Below are positions 27,331 through 37,282 of a stretch of 64,000 bases of DNA, piece by piece; positions within the stretch are counted from its first letter, which is position 1, and each line of letters begins with the position of its first letter. Location of the stretch: assembly GCA_963745035.1 (NCBI GenBank), contig CAVUVW010000015.1:32001-96000 (forward strand). The letters are read 5' to 3'. A program made the position numbers and the translations under genes. Under the pieces are notes generated by a model. It was not told where the DNA came from, did not search any database, and saw only the letters and a list, made by a program, of their open reading frames with translations. The DNA comes from an uncultured delta proteobacterium (lineage in GTDB: Bacteria; Desulfobacterota; Binatia; UBA9968).

Positions 27331-27419
27331 GTTGCCGAGTCTTGGTTTTCCTTAACAGACGCCATTCACAGGCACAAGGAAGACTGTGATTCATTCTCAA
27401 TCCGCCATGAATTTGAAGA

Positions 27420-27497
27420 TCGGGAAAGATTCCTCGCTGTGCTCGGAATGACAATGAACAAGCGATCCGCTCGAACGAAGTCAGAAATCTTTCCCGA
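27420..27497. repeat. Inverted REP-like doublet
   Basis: TCGGGAAAGATT...AATCTTTCCCGA arms enclosing AGATTCCTCGCTGTGCTCGGAATGACA. Confidence 0.65.
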
Positions 27498-27605
27498 ATG
27501 GAACGGCCACGTTGATCCGGCGAAAAGATTATTGAAGGAACGCGTGACTGCGGCTACTTTATCTTGTCTTTTTCCGGAGCAGCGCTTATTCTGTGCGGGC
27601 CGCTT

Positions 27606-28443
27606 ATGAAATCCTTGCGCTCGCTGGTTACTTCGGCGCTTTTCATTGCCGCCTGCGCCTCGTTGAACTCGCAAACCGACTTTCTCGCCGGCCGGCGTGC
27701 GCTGTTGCGCGGCGAGCCGGAGAACGCTCTTGGTTATTTCGACCGGGTGGCGCAGAGCGATCCCGCGTTCGTTTCCGATTCGGTGTCGCCGCCCAAAAAC
27801 ATCTGGACCTACGTCGGCCGCGCCCACTACAATTCGGGGCGCTACGACGAGGCGCGCTCGGCATTCGAGAAAGCGCTCAGCCAGCGCCGCGACGATCACG
27901 TGGCAAGATTGTACCTAGGCTTGACCTTGCTTCGTCCGGCCGCGCCGACCGCGCCGGCCAACGCTTTCCGATTGCAGGAAGTCACCTTTGCGCTGCGCGA
28001 AGGCGTCGAACCGAAGCGCGTCGCGGCGCTGGCGCGCGAACGCGGCGTCAGCTTCGACCTCACTAAGGAAACCGAAAGCCAACTGCGGAGCGCGGGCGCG
28101 GATAATTTTCTCGTAAGCGAACTGCAGAGCCTGCGCGCCGGGCGCAAAGAGCAAATCCAATGAGGCGCGCCGCGCCCAAGGCGCCAAGGAGCTCGGCGCT
28201 GCCCTTTCCGGCCTCAGCGAGTGGTTGAACGACACCATCGCCTATGCGCCCCAAGGAAAGTTCTGGGACCCGTCGCAGGAAATTCGCAAGCAGATTCAGC
28301 TCACCATGAAACAAGTCGCCGCGCCCGCCGACTGGGACGCGGCCATGGGGAACGCGGAATGGCTCGGATATCGGCTCGAGGAAGAAAGCGACCGCGCGCG
28401 CCGCGACGAGCGCGCCGAGCGCGAACGACAGTTGAGACGCTAA
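27606..28443 (+). CDS. TPR-repeat lipoprotein, frameshifted near 28150
   Basis: Lipobox LFIAAC; TPR helices (WTYVGRAHYNSGRYDEARSAFEKAL); continues in 28225..28443. Confidence 0.7.
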
Positions 28444-28501
28444 CCCAAGCTTTCATCGTCCGGAACACTCAGAAGAATTCAGACTGGCTGCGTTCGCCTG
28501 A

Positions 28502-29986
28502 TTAGCATTGGACCGGATTGCCGAGGACTTTCTCCGCGTTGCATGCTCTTTTGGTCTGGTCGATTTCCCGTTGCACGTCCTCGTTGGCGGCATCGAGGCC
28601 TCTGGCCTTTTCCAGCTCGGCCAAGGCCGCGGCATAGTTACCCTGTTCGCGAAAAGTTTGCGCGCGGCCGACGTGGGCCAGGACCCGCGTTTTTGCCTGC
28701 TCGGACAACACGGGAGACTTGACGGGCGGCGGCTGGACCGGCTTGATCGGCAGCGGCTCGATCGGTTTGACCGGCGCGGGTTCGATCGGCTTCACCGGCT
28801 GCGGCTCCGGCGCCTTGCGGCTCTCCTTCACGACAAACGCCAGCGCAGGGCTGGAGATATTGTCCGCGCGCGCGACCACTTCGATCTTCCCCGGGCGCCG
28901 CGCGATCAGCTCGCCGCGCTCGGTGAGCGATGCCACCGTCCGATCGCTCACGCGCCACTCGATCGCGCTCGATAAATATTTCTCGCTCCTGTCCGAATAT
29001 GTTCCTCTGACCCGCAGCGGGATTTTCTCGCTCGCGACCAGCTCCTGCTTGCTCGAATCGATCTGCAGTCCCACCAGCCTCGGCATGGGCGCCGGCTTGG
29101 CCGGCGGCTCGAGACTTTCGACGCCGAGCGTCCACTCCGCGCTCTCGACGCCGGCGATCTTGGCGATAATGTTGGTTGTGCCGGCCTTGAGCCCGGTTAC
29201 TTCGCCGTGATCATCGACTACCGCGACCCCGGTGTTACTGCTCAGCCACTCGACGCCCGCGCTGAGATCGCTTTGCGATCCGTCGGAGTACTGTCCCTTC
29301 AATGTCAGCTTGACGGTCTCCGCCGGCTTGATCCGGTTGCGCTTTCCGCTTACCGCCAGGCGGGTCAAGCGCGGCGCCGGAACATTTTCGTAAGTTTTCG
29401 CCTCCGGCGGCGCGGCAGGTGTCGGCGCCGAACCTGACCAGTCTTGCCGCATGATGAAGAAGCCGGCCGCGAGCACGAGCGCGCCCAGCGCCGCTTTCGG
29501 CCAGTGAAGCGTGATCCATCGGAAAAATTTACCTTCGACGCCGGTCTCGGGCGGTTCCGCGCGTTCCATTGGCCGGACTCTCTCCGGCTCCAGTGGACTG
29601 AGCAGAGACTTGAGATCGGCGATCAACAAGCGCGCCGCCGGATCGTCGGCGGAACCGTCCCAGCGCGTAAGATCGGCGGCTTGAATGGCGCGGAAACCAA
29701 TCGGCGGCTCGACCGCGTTGATCAACACCGGTATCAGCGTTTTATTTAACCGGCGCGCCTCTTCGGCCTCCTCGGCCACCCACGGGCTGGTCACGGAATG
29801 GCGCGACCAAAGCACCATCATGCAGCGCGTATCGTCAAGCGCTTCTTCGAGCACGGTGCGCCACGTGCGGCCCGCCGGTATGCGCCGGTCCCACCACACG
29901 TTCCAACCCGCCGCTTCGAGCAGCGCCGCCAGTTGCGCCGCGCGCTCACGGTCCTCGTTCGCGTAGCTGATGAAAATATCGGCCAT
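28502..29986 (-). CDS. TIR-domain membrane protein with two Ig-like (Big_2) domains and a C-terminal TPR-like helix pair
   Basis: DIFISYANED..WWD..I..G..W, SPWVAEE; TM near aa 165-185; VEWLSSNTGVAVVDDHGEVTG and IEWRVSDRTVASLTERGELIA. Confidence 0.85.
   Translation of the reverse strand: MADIFISYANEDRERAAQLAALLEAAGWNVWWDRRIPAGRTWRTVLEEALDDTRCMMVLWSRHSVTSPWVAEEAEEARRLNKTLIPVLINAVEPPIGFRAIQAADLTRWDGSADDPAARLLIADLKSLLSPLEPERVRPMERAEPPETGVEGKFFRWITLHWPKAALGALVLAAGFFIMRQDWSGSAPTPAAPPEAKTYENVPAPRLTRLAVSGKRNRIKPAETVKLTLKGQYSDGSQSDLSAGVEWLSSNTGVAVVDDHGEVTGLKAGTTNIIAKIAGVESAEWTLGVESLEPPAKPAPMPRLVGLQIDSSKQELVASEKIPLRVRGTYSDRSEKYLSSAIEWRVSDRTVASLTERGELIARRPGKIEVVARADNISSPALAFVVKESRKAPEPQPVKPIEPAPVKPIEPLPIKPVQPPPVKSPVLSEQAKTRVLAHVGRAQTFREQGNYAAALAELEKARGLDAANEDVQREIDQTKRACNAEKVLGNPVQC
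28720..28805 (-). repeat. Coding tandem repeat, about 24-nt unit (Pro-rich linker)
   Basis: PVKPIEPA-PVKPIEPL-PIKPVQPP-PVKSP. Confidence 0.7.
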
Positions 29987-30182
29987 CGTTCGAAACGCGC
30001 CCTTGCTCAAGATCTCGGAGAGCACCCCGATTTTAGCAAATGACGGATAAATTGTAATCGCGAATTATCGACAAAGTTCCGAGGCCGGGCCGCGACCGTT
30101 CAACGGCCGCCGCGATTTGACCGGCAATCCGCAACGATGATAATTCTCGATCATCCATCCGGCCCGCGAAGGAGCAGAATTC

Positions 30183-31667
30183 ATGGCGAATTCCAGTCTC
30201 AAAACCGATGTGTCGATTATCGGCGGCGGCGGCGCGGGAATTCCCGCGGCGATCGAAGTCGCATCGCGCCGGCGGTAAGGCGATCGTCCTGGAGGGCGCC
30301 GCCGAATGCGGCGGCACCGCCGCGATCTCCGGCGGCGGCTGCTGCATCGTCGGCACGCCGCTGCAAAAATCTCAGGGCATCGACGACACTCCGGACATGG
30401 CCTTCGAAGATTGGATCAAATGGGGCGGCGGCGCGGCCGACGAAGTTTGGGCGCGCTACTATTTGGAGCATACGCTTGCACGATCTTTATCATTGGGCCG
30501 AGAGCTGCGGCGCCAAATGGGTCGACATGAAATTTCAGGAAGGCAACCGCGTGCTGCGCTGGCACCGGCCGGACAACAACGGTCTGGGTTTGATGACCGC
30601 GCTGATCAAAACCGCCGAGTCGCTGGCCAACGTCACGATCATGACGGCAACCAAAGCCGATAAGCTGCTCACGGAAAATGGCCGGGTGTGCGGCGTTGCC
30701 GCCGCGCGCAACGGCGAGACTTCTGGAGATCCGCAGCAAATCCGTAGTCGTCGCCACCGGCGGATTCAACTCCAATCTCGACATGGTTTTGGAGCACCGC
30801 CCCGAGTTCAAGAAATTCAAAGTCATGGAGGGCTCCGGTTTCGGCGCCAAGGGTGAAGGCCACAACATGATCCGCGAGCTGGGCGGCTACTTCACCCACA
30901 TGGAGCATATCTGGTTCTATGTTTACGCCACGCCCGATTATCGCGACCCGCGGCAAAGGCGCGGCCTGGTGTTTCGCATGGTGCCGGGCTATCTCTGGTT
31001 CAACCAGCAGGGGCGGCGCTTTCATAACGAATCGCTGACCGGCGGCGCCTCGGCGACGCCGGCGCTGCTGGCGCAAAATCCGCCTCATGCGTGGGCGCTC
31101 GCCGACACGCCGATGCTCGAGAAGATCGACGTCGCCGATCCCTACTATCGCCGCGGCGACGTCATCGACCGCGCCAAGGTCCAAGAGCTGCTGGATAACT
31201 CGCCGTTCATCAAAAAGGCGGAGAGCCTCGAAGAGCTCGGAAAAAAAACCGGCGTGGAGGATCTCAAGGACTTTCTCGCGGAAATCGAAGAATACAATCG
31301 CTGCTTCGATCGCGGCATGGACAAAGAGCCGAAGTTCGGCAAGTCGCTCAAAGGCTCGAAGAAATTCGACGTGCCTCCCTACTACGCGATCCAGATCTTT
31401 CCGCTGGCGCGGAAAAACTTCGGCGGTGTCAAAACCGACCTGCGCTGCCGCGTGCTCAATAAATATTTCGAGCCGATTCCGGGCCTGTATGCCGCCGGCG
31501 AAGTCGCCGGCATGGCCGGCGGTCACATCAACGGCAAAGCCGGTCTCGAAGGTACCATGCTCGGCCCGTCGATCTTCAGCGGCCGCGTGGCCGGCGCCTG
31601 GGCGGCCAACGAAGCCGGCTTCGGTCCGGGCTTCATTGGCAAGCCGAACCGGCCGGAGTTAGATTAG
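30183..31667 (+). CDS. FAD-dependent oxidoreductase (flavocytochrome c/TcuA/KstD-like, FAD_binding_2), several frameshifts
   Basis: IIGGGGAG, GGTAAISGG, VVVATGGF, GGVKTD, IPGLYAAGE. Confidence 0.85.
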
Positions 31668-31753
31668 CAAGAATTACGGGACTACTTTCGGCGACTTGAA
31701 CGACATGACCGAATAGAACGACTTGAACTTGGATGTACCTGGACCTGAATGAG

Positions 31754-32569
31754 TCAGCGGCACGCCGGCACCTTCGTCTGAAAAATATGACTCCGTTCGC
31801 TACTTTCCGCCTGCCGTCTGAGACCTACGATATTAAAAGCGCGCACCGGACGGACGAAGCCTTTTAGATACATCTCTTCGAGCGGCTCCGCCTCGACCAA
31901 CGCTTCGATGTGATTCAGCGTCTTCTGGTCGGTAAGAATCTGACCGCCCTTGGCGGCTCCACAAAGACGCGACGCAAGGTTGGTGACGTTGCCCACCGCT
32001 CCATATGCCATCTGCCCCTCAAAGCCGATATTACCAACGGCCGCATATCCGGCCGCGACGCCTATACCCAAATCGAGGTTGTATCCTTTTTGCAGCCATC
32101 CCGCGCGCAACTCCTTTACTCGATCGCAGATCGCCAGGCTCAAACGCACGGCAATCTCCGTATGGTCTTGGCAGGGTACGGGAGCATTGAAAAAAACCAT
32201 CAGCCCGTCCGCAACAAAATGTTCGACGGTTCCACCGAATTTGAAGATCAGCTCGCCCATATGCGTGTGATAACTTCGCAGGAGCGCCATAACCTCTTCC
32301 GGCTCGGCAGTGTCCGAAAAAGCTGTAAAGCCTCGTAGGTCAAGGAATACAGCCGTGATCTCCCGGCGATGGCTCTTGAAGAGATCAGGGTCATCGCTCT
32401 TGAGAATGGAATCGGCCAGCTGGGGCGAAAGATAACGCTTGAGGCGGCTCATGCGCTCGATCAAATCCATCTGCTGGCCGACTTTCGCGATCAAAGTCCG
32501 GTTCCATTCCTGTAAGGCCTCGAAAGGTTTCATCTCGAGTGCACCTGCGTCTGCGGTTGAGCCCTTCAT
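31754..32569 (-). CDS. Class III nucleotide cyclase, stand-alone
   Basis: VFLDLRGFT, EHFVADGLMVFF, GNVTNLASRL, LKGF; GGGAGG RBS. Confidence 0.9.
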   Translation of the reverse strand: MKGSTADAGALEMKPFEALQEWNRTLIAKVGQQMDLIERMSRLKRYLSPQLADSILKSDDPDLFKSHRREITAVFLDLRGFTAFSDTAEPEEVMALLRSYHTHMGELIFKFGGTVEHFVADGLMVFFNAPVPCQDHTEIAVRLSLAICDRVKELRAGWLQKGYNLDLGIGVAAGYAAVGNIGFEGQMAYGAVGNVTNLASRLCGAAKGGQILTDQKTLNHIEALVEAEPLEEMYLKGFVRPVRAFNIVGLRRQAESSERSHIFQTKVPACR

Positions 32570-32695
32570 GTTATCCTCCCACTTTTCAGCTGACAGCCGG
32601 AGCGGCGAAATACGGCTTATTTTCCGCCGCGCCCTGAGATCCGTCATAACTGCTTTCCTATTCATCAATGATGGGATGCTCACACTCACCCGTAG

Positions 32696-32712
32696 AGCAG
32701 CTGTTGTGCCAG
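32696..32712 (-). promoter_or_regulatory. Putative sigma54 promoter of the cyclase gene
   Basis: Minus strand CTGGCACAACAGCTGCT, near-consensus TGGCAC-N5-(T/C)TGC. Confidence 0.7.
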
Positions 32713-32843
32713 CTGAAAAAAATGGCGACCGATTTAGACTAAGGTGCTAATCTGACGGGAGAATTTTGGCGGGCGAATTTGAACCTACCCTCTAGGAAAC
32801 GTCGGAAGATATCTTTAAGGATACATCGAGGTGAAAAAAGTAT

Positions 32844-34200
32844 TCAGCTGATACGCAGCGTCTTGATCAGCCGAGACAAATAGGTTCGTTGAAGCCCCAA
32901 GGCTTTGGCAGCAGCAGCACGATTTCCTTGTGACTCAGAGAGCGCTCTTACAATCAACTGACGTCGGTAGGCCTCAATATTCTCGCTATAGGACAAGCTC
33001 AGTGAGCGGCCGTGGCAAATCCCGCGCGAAGCGATTGCGGCGGGAAGGTCGTCGGAGAGTCAGTTTGGGACCCTGGCCCAAAACTACTGCGCGCTCAATC
33101 GCGTTGGCCAGCTCCCGCACGTTTCCCGGCCAATCATAGCCAAGGAATCTCTCCAAGGCATCCTGGCTGATCTCGTTGAATTTTTTCTTTGTCTCTAAAG
33201 AAAATCGCCTCAAGAAAAAGTGTGCAAGCTCAGGAATATCTTCCCGTCTTTCTCTCAAGGGAGGAAGCGAAATTGGCAATAACGTTCAGCCGATAGAAAA
33301 GATCGGCGCGAAAACGGCCTTCTTTGACCGCCCCATCCAAGTCGCGATTGGTGGCGGCTATAACTTTCACGTCTACCTCGAGCGATTTCGTCCCGCCAAC
33401 CCGCTCGAATTCACGCTCCTGGAGAAATCTTAGAAGCTTGGTCTGAATCTCCGGAGTAATATCGCCGACTTCATCGAGGAACACCGTTCCGCCTTGGGCC
33501 AATTCGATCTTTCCTTTTTTGAGTTGATCAGCGCCCGTAAAGGCGCCTTTTTCATGGCCGAACAATTCACTCTCGAGCAGTTCTCTCGACAAACCGACGC
33601 AATTGATGGCAACAAACGGTTCGGTCCTCCTGTCGCTCCAGTCGTGGATGGCATGGGCAAAAATTTCCTTTCCCGTTCCGCTCTCGCCAAGCAGCAAAAC
33701 TGTCGACCTGCTACGTGCCGCCTTCTTGGCTAAATCGATAGCCTCATTCATCGCGGCACTCTTGCCGCCAATCAAGTGGTAGCGCTCTCCGATCTGCACG
33801 GAGAGGACTTCTACGTCACGTTTGAGCTTTTCGCGCTCCAGGCTTTGCGCACGGCAAGGGCAACATGGTCCGGCTCAAAAGGCTTCGGGATGAAGTCGTA
33901 AGCCCCTTCTTTCATAGCCTCGACGGCGCGTTCGATCGTGCCGTAGGCAGTAATCATAATAACGGTGATATCCAGCTCTCTTTTACGAATCTCTTTGAGA
34001 ATTTCGAGCCCGCTCATGGCCGGCATCTCGATGTCCAAAAGAATGAGCTGTGGGTTCTGTTTTTCCAGCACTTTCAAGGCTTCTTTGCCGTCCGCCGCCG
34101 CTTGCACCACGTAGCCAAGGGATTCCAACCGGTCTTTTAGGACCTCGCGGATATCCGGATCATCATCGACGACGAGGATGTTCTCATTAGAGGACTTCAT
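32844..34200 (-). CDS. Sigma54-dependent response regulator (NtrC/AtoC family), multiple frameshifts
   Basis: REC domain, GESGTGKE, GAFTGA, FLDEVG, WPGNVREL, HTH AAAAKALGLQRTYLSRL. Confidence 0.92.
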
Positions 34201-34209
34201 CGAATCACG

Positions 34210-34578
34210 CTAGAGGGCGATGTGATAGACTTTTTCGATCTTGGCTTTGAGCTCTTCCCACTCAAACGGCTTCAGAACGTATTCATTGGCCCCTTTGGCG
34301 ATAGCCTCGATGGCCGCATCTCGAGTGGAAGATGAGGTGATAATGATAATCGGGATTTTCTTATCGGTCTTGCGAATTTCCTCGAGCGCTTGGATCCCGC
34401 TCATTTCAGGCATCTTGACATCAAGAAAAACTCCGTCGAATTTTTCCTGCGAAAGTTTATTCAACGCCTCCAATCCGGTGTTGGCAGTCACCACGGTGAA
34501 GCCGTAAGCCTGCAACCGGTCCTGAATGACCTCGAGAATGTCTTCTTCATCATCAACCAGGAGAACTTTGAGCCCCAT
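34210..34578 (-). CDS. Single-domain response regulator (REC)
   Basis: LLVDDE, FLDVKMP, KPF. Confidence 0.92.
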   Translation of the reverse strand: MGLKVLLVDDEEDILEVIQDRLQAYGFTVVTANTGLEALNKLSQEKFDGVFLDVKMPEMSGIQALEEIRKTDKKIPIIIITSSSTRDAAIEAIAKGANEYVLKPFEWEELKAKIEKVYHIAL

Positions 34579-34588
34579 CGCCAGCCTT

Positions 34589-36277
34589 TCAGATCGCCAC
34601 TGGTCGGTGAGACTTAGACGGCTGCTGTGCAGGCAAAGTGAAGGCGAAGGTGCTTCCCTTGCCTACCTCGCTTTCTACCCAGATCTTGCCGCCATGCATT
34701 TGCACTAAGGCCTTGGATATGGCTAACCCGAGTCCGGTTCCTCGACTCTTACGGTTATCGCCTTGCGCGAGCTGATAGAACTTATCAAAGATTTTATCGA
34801 CCTCTTCGCGCGGAATGCCCGGGCCCGTATCTACAACCGACACTTGCACCCATTCATCGTCCTTTCTTTCGATAACCACGGCCACTTTGCCCTGTGCGGA
34901 GGTGAACTTGACGGCGTTGCCGACCAAGTTCATGAGCACCTGTGTGACCTTATCGCGATCCGCCCATGCCGTTACGCCGCCTTCATGGCAAGCGACTTCC
35001 AGGTCAATAAACTTGTCAACGACTATAGAGCGGAGACTTTCGATAACTTCTTTAGCCAGGAGCTCCGGTGAAAGAACCGTCGGCCTGATATCGATTCGTC
35101 CGGCCTCGATTCGTGATAAATCGAGCAGGTCGTTGATGAGCCGAGAAAGACGGTCTGTGTTCGATTTGATGCGCGTGAGATAGCGGGCCTGCTTTTCATT
35201 CAGCGGCCCCGTGAGTCCGTCAAGCATGTTGTCCACGGAGCCCTTGACGGCGGTCAACGGCGTCCTGAGTTCGTGAGAGACATTGGAGACGAAGTCCGAT
35301 TTCAATTTGTCGAGAGCTCGTAGCCTCTTTTCATAAAGCATCTTGTCCGTGATGTCTTTGGCTAAATGAAGAAAGCCCGTCGTGCTTCCCGCGCCATCCT
35401 TGATCGGCGAGACCGCGAGGGCCGCTTCAATGATGACCCCATCCTTCCTTTTCCTGCCTACCTCCAAGTTGCGGATCACACCCGTCTGCTCAACCTTGTT
35501 CCGAATTTTTTCTAGATCCTTGGCATGCTCCGCTGGAAGCAGGATAGCCAAGTTTCGTCCGATCGCCTCCTCTTTACTATAACCAAAGATGATCTCAGCG
35601 GCGCGGTTCCAAGTAAGGATCCGATCATCCAAGCCCGCAGAGACAACTGCATCGCCGGCATTTTCAACAAGGTTTTCGATATACGCCTTGTCTCGAGTGA
35701 CCTGATCAAACAGTTGGGCATTCTCTAATGCCATCCCGAGCTGGGAGCCAAAAGCCGTGAGGAGGCTGATTTCTCCTTTTATAAATTTGTGACGCTTGCG
35801 GCTGCCGACGACAAGTAATCCAATAACGCGCGTTTTTGACATTACTGGCACGAACGTGGCTGAAATCACGCCCTCTCGCTCCATCGTGCGAGCCTGGAAT
35901 CGAAAATCCCTCCGAATATCGGGAAAGATTACAGGCTCACGGGAGAGGATCAATCTTAGAATATCGTGAGAAGAGTCGATCGGAATGCGACTGGAGAGAA
36001 ATTCTCTGGAGGAAAGACCGCGCGCAGCGCGCACGACGAAATCGCGCGTGTCTGGATCCAATACTCTGATATAACCGACGTCGAAACGGAGGATCTCGAG
36101 CGATTTATCGAGAGTGTCGTTGACAATTTTCTCGGTATCGAGGGATTGGGTGGCGGTTTCCGCAATCGTCAGGAGCGCCGCAAGTGCCTGGGCCTTCCCA
36201 CGAATGCGCTCGATCTTTTTGGGAACCACGGACGGCGACCGTTTGCGACTCCCCGTTCTGCGGTTCGATCGCGCCAT
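34589..36277 (-). CDS. Cytoplasmic GAF-PAS sensor histidine kinase
   Basis: GAF, PAS (WNRAAE.IFGY), SHELRTPL, N/G1/F/G2 boxes; no TM segment. Confidence 0.94.
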   Translation of the reverse strand: MARSNRRTGSRKRSPSVVPKKIERIRGKAQALAALLTIAETATQSLDTEKIVNDTLDKSLEILRFDVGYIRVLDPDTRDFVVRAARGLSSREFLSSRIPIDSSHDILRLILSREPVIFPDIRRDFRFQARTMEREGVISATFVPVMSKTRVIGLLVVGSRKRHKFIKGEISLLTAFGSQLGMALENAQLFDQVTRDKAYIENLVENAGDAVVSAGLDDRILTWNRAAEIIFGYSKEEAIGRNLAILLPAEHAKDLEKIRNKVEQTGVIRNLEVGRKRKDGVIIEAALAVSPIKDGAGSTTGFLHLAKDITDKMLYEKRLRALDKLKSDFVSNVSHELRTPLTAVKGSVDNMLDGLTGPLNEKQARYLTRIKSNTDRLSRLINDLLDLSRIEAGRIDIRPTVLSPELLAKEVIESLRSIVVDKFIDLEVACHEGGVTAWADRDKVTQVLMNLVGNAVKFTSAQGKVAVVIERKDDEWVQVSVVDTGPGIPREEVDKIFDKFYQLAQGDNRKSRGTGLGLAISKALVQMHGGKIWVESEVGKGSTFAFTLPAQQPSKSHRPVAI

Positions 36278-36610
36278 GATCTTTTATCGCTTCAGAGAAC
36301 TGGCCCTCCGAGGTCAAAATTCTTTCGTTAGATAAGGCACCAACTGGCGTGCTTATCGCTCTGTGCCCAGATCCTGAGAATTCCTCATCAACATTAGCGG
36401 GGTCATCAGGTTCTCGTGGAAAATCCCGCGCCCAGCACACCGACGCCCCAGACGTTGCTTCCCATTTTCCTGCACCTCGATGCGAAATGACCCGCAAATA
36501 GTTCACCCCGGTTTTTTGCGAAAGACAAAGCTCGTTACGCTCTTGCGCTCCTGAACATGGGAGGGCTTCATCCAGTTACGCTCGATGCTTCCTTCGCAGG
36601 AAGACATCTC

Positions 36611-36976
36611 TCATAAGTCGTGGAGGGATGCCGTGTCTCCGGCCCGTAACAGCGTCGGATGGCCGAATCGTTCTTCTCGAACTCTCGCCCGCGTTCGCTC
36701 GGCATTTTCAACCCACCCGACGAAAACCGGCGCCGGTTCTTCCTTGTCAGTCTCATTCAAGCGCGCCACAACTTGCATGGCGCCGGTCTCGCTGAGCACG
36801 TCTAATAAGAGTTGATTAATCTCCGCGTAATGAGCTATCGATATCTCACCAGGAATTCTTGCTCTCGACGTTTTCGCCGCCTGGTTGAGTCTATCCAGTA
36901 AACCTCGTTTAGCTTGTGCTGGAAGACTTTCGAGCGCCTGCAAAAGCGCCTGTTTAAGTTCTTCTTCCTGTGCCAT
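36611..36976 (-). CDS. Hypothetical protein
   Basis: GGAGG RBS before MAQEEELKQ; helical 121-aa ORF. Confidence 0.55.
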   Translation of the reverse strand: MAQEEELKQALLQALESLPAQAKRGLLDRLNQAAKTSRARIPGEISIAHYAEINQLLLDVLSETGAMQVVARLNETDKEEPAPVFVGWVENAERTRARVREERFGHPTLLRAGDTASLHDL

Positions 36977-37282
36977 GTTTTGACCTCCGGAGACAACGTG
37001 ACGCCGCCAGAGCAAAGTTTGAGACGGCCATATGTATTCCACTGTTGAATCCCACCTGTCAAGCCAGGGAATTTTGGAAAATTAGCATGGCTTGATATCG
37101 TCAACATGTCCAGGGATCAGGCGTCAGAGATCATGCGCTACCACCGGCGAGGACCGATTGTGGGAAGCTAGATATTTTTCTAAGCTTGCGCTAAGAGGGT
37201 TCAAGCCGATGCGCGAGGAAAGGTCTGAAGCGTGCTCTAAACAAGTGATAAAATTTTACCGGATAGAAAACGTTCTTTTCGG

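Noticed and set aside
31692-31728. CGACTTGAAC repeated twice
   Set aside because: Only two short copies without spacer structure; not a CRISPR array
28502-32569. TIR gene plus cyclase as a Pycsar/CBASS system
   Set aside because: The TIR protein has no cyclic-nucleotide-binding domain and the genes are separated by an oppositely oriented oxidoreductase
36345-36360. TGGCGTGCTTATCGCT sigma54-like box on the + strand
   Set aside because: It points away from the kinase and no convincing + strand gene follows
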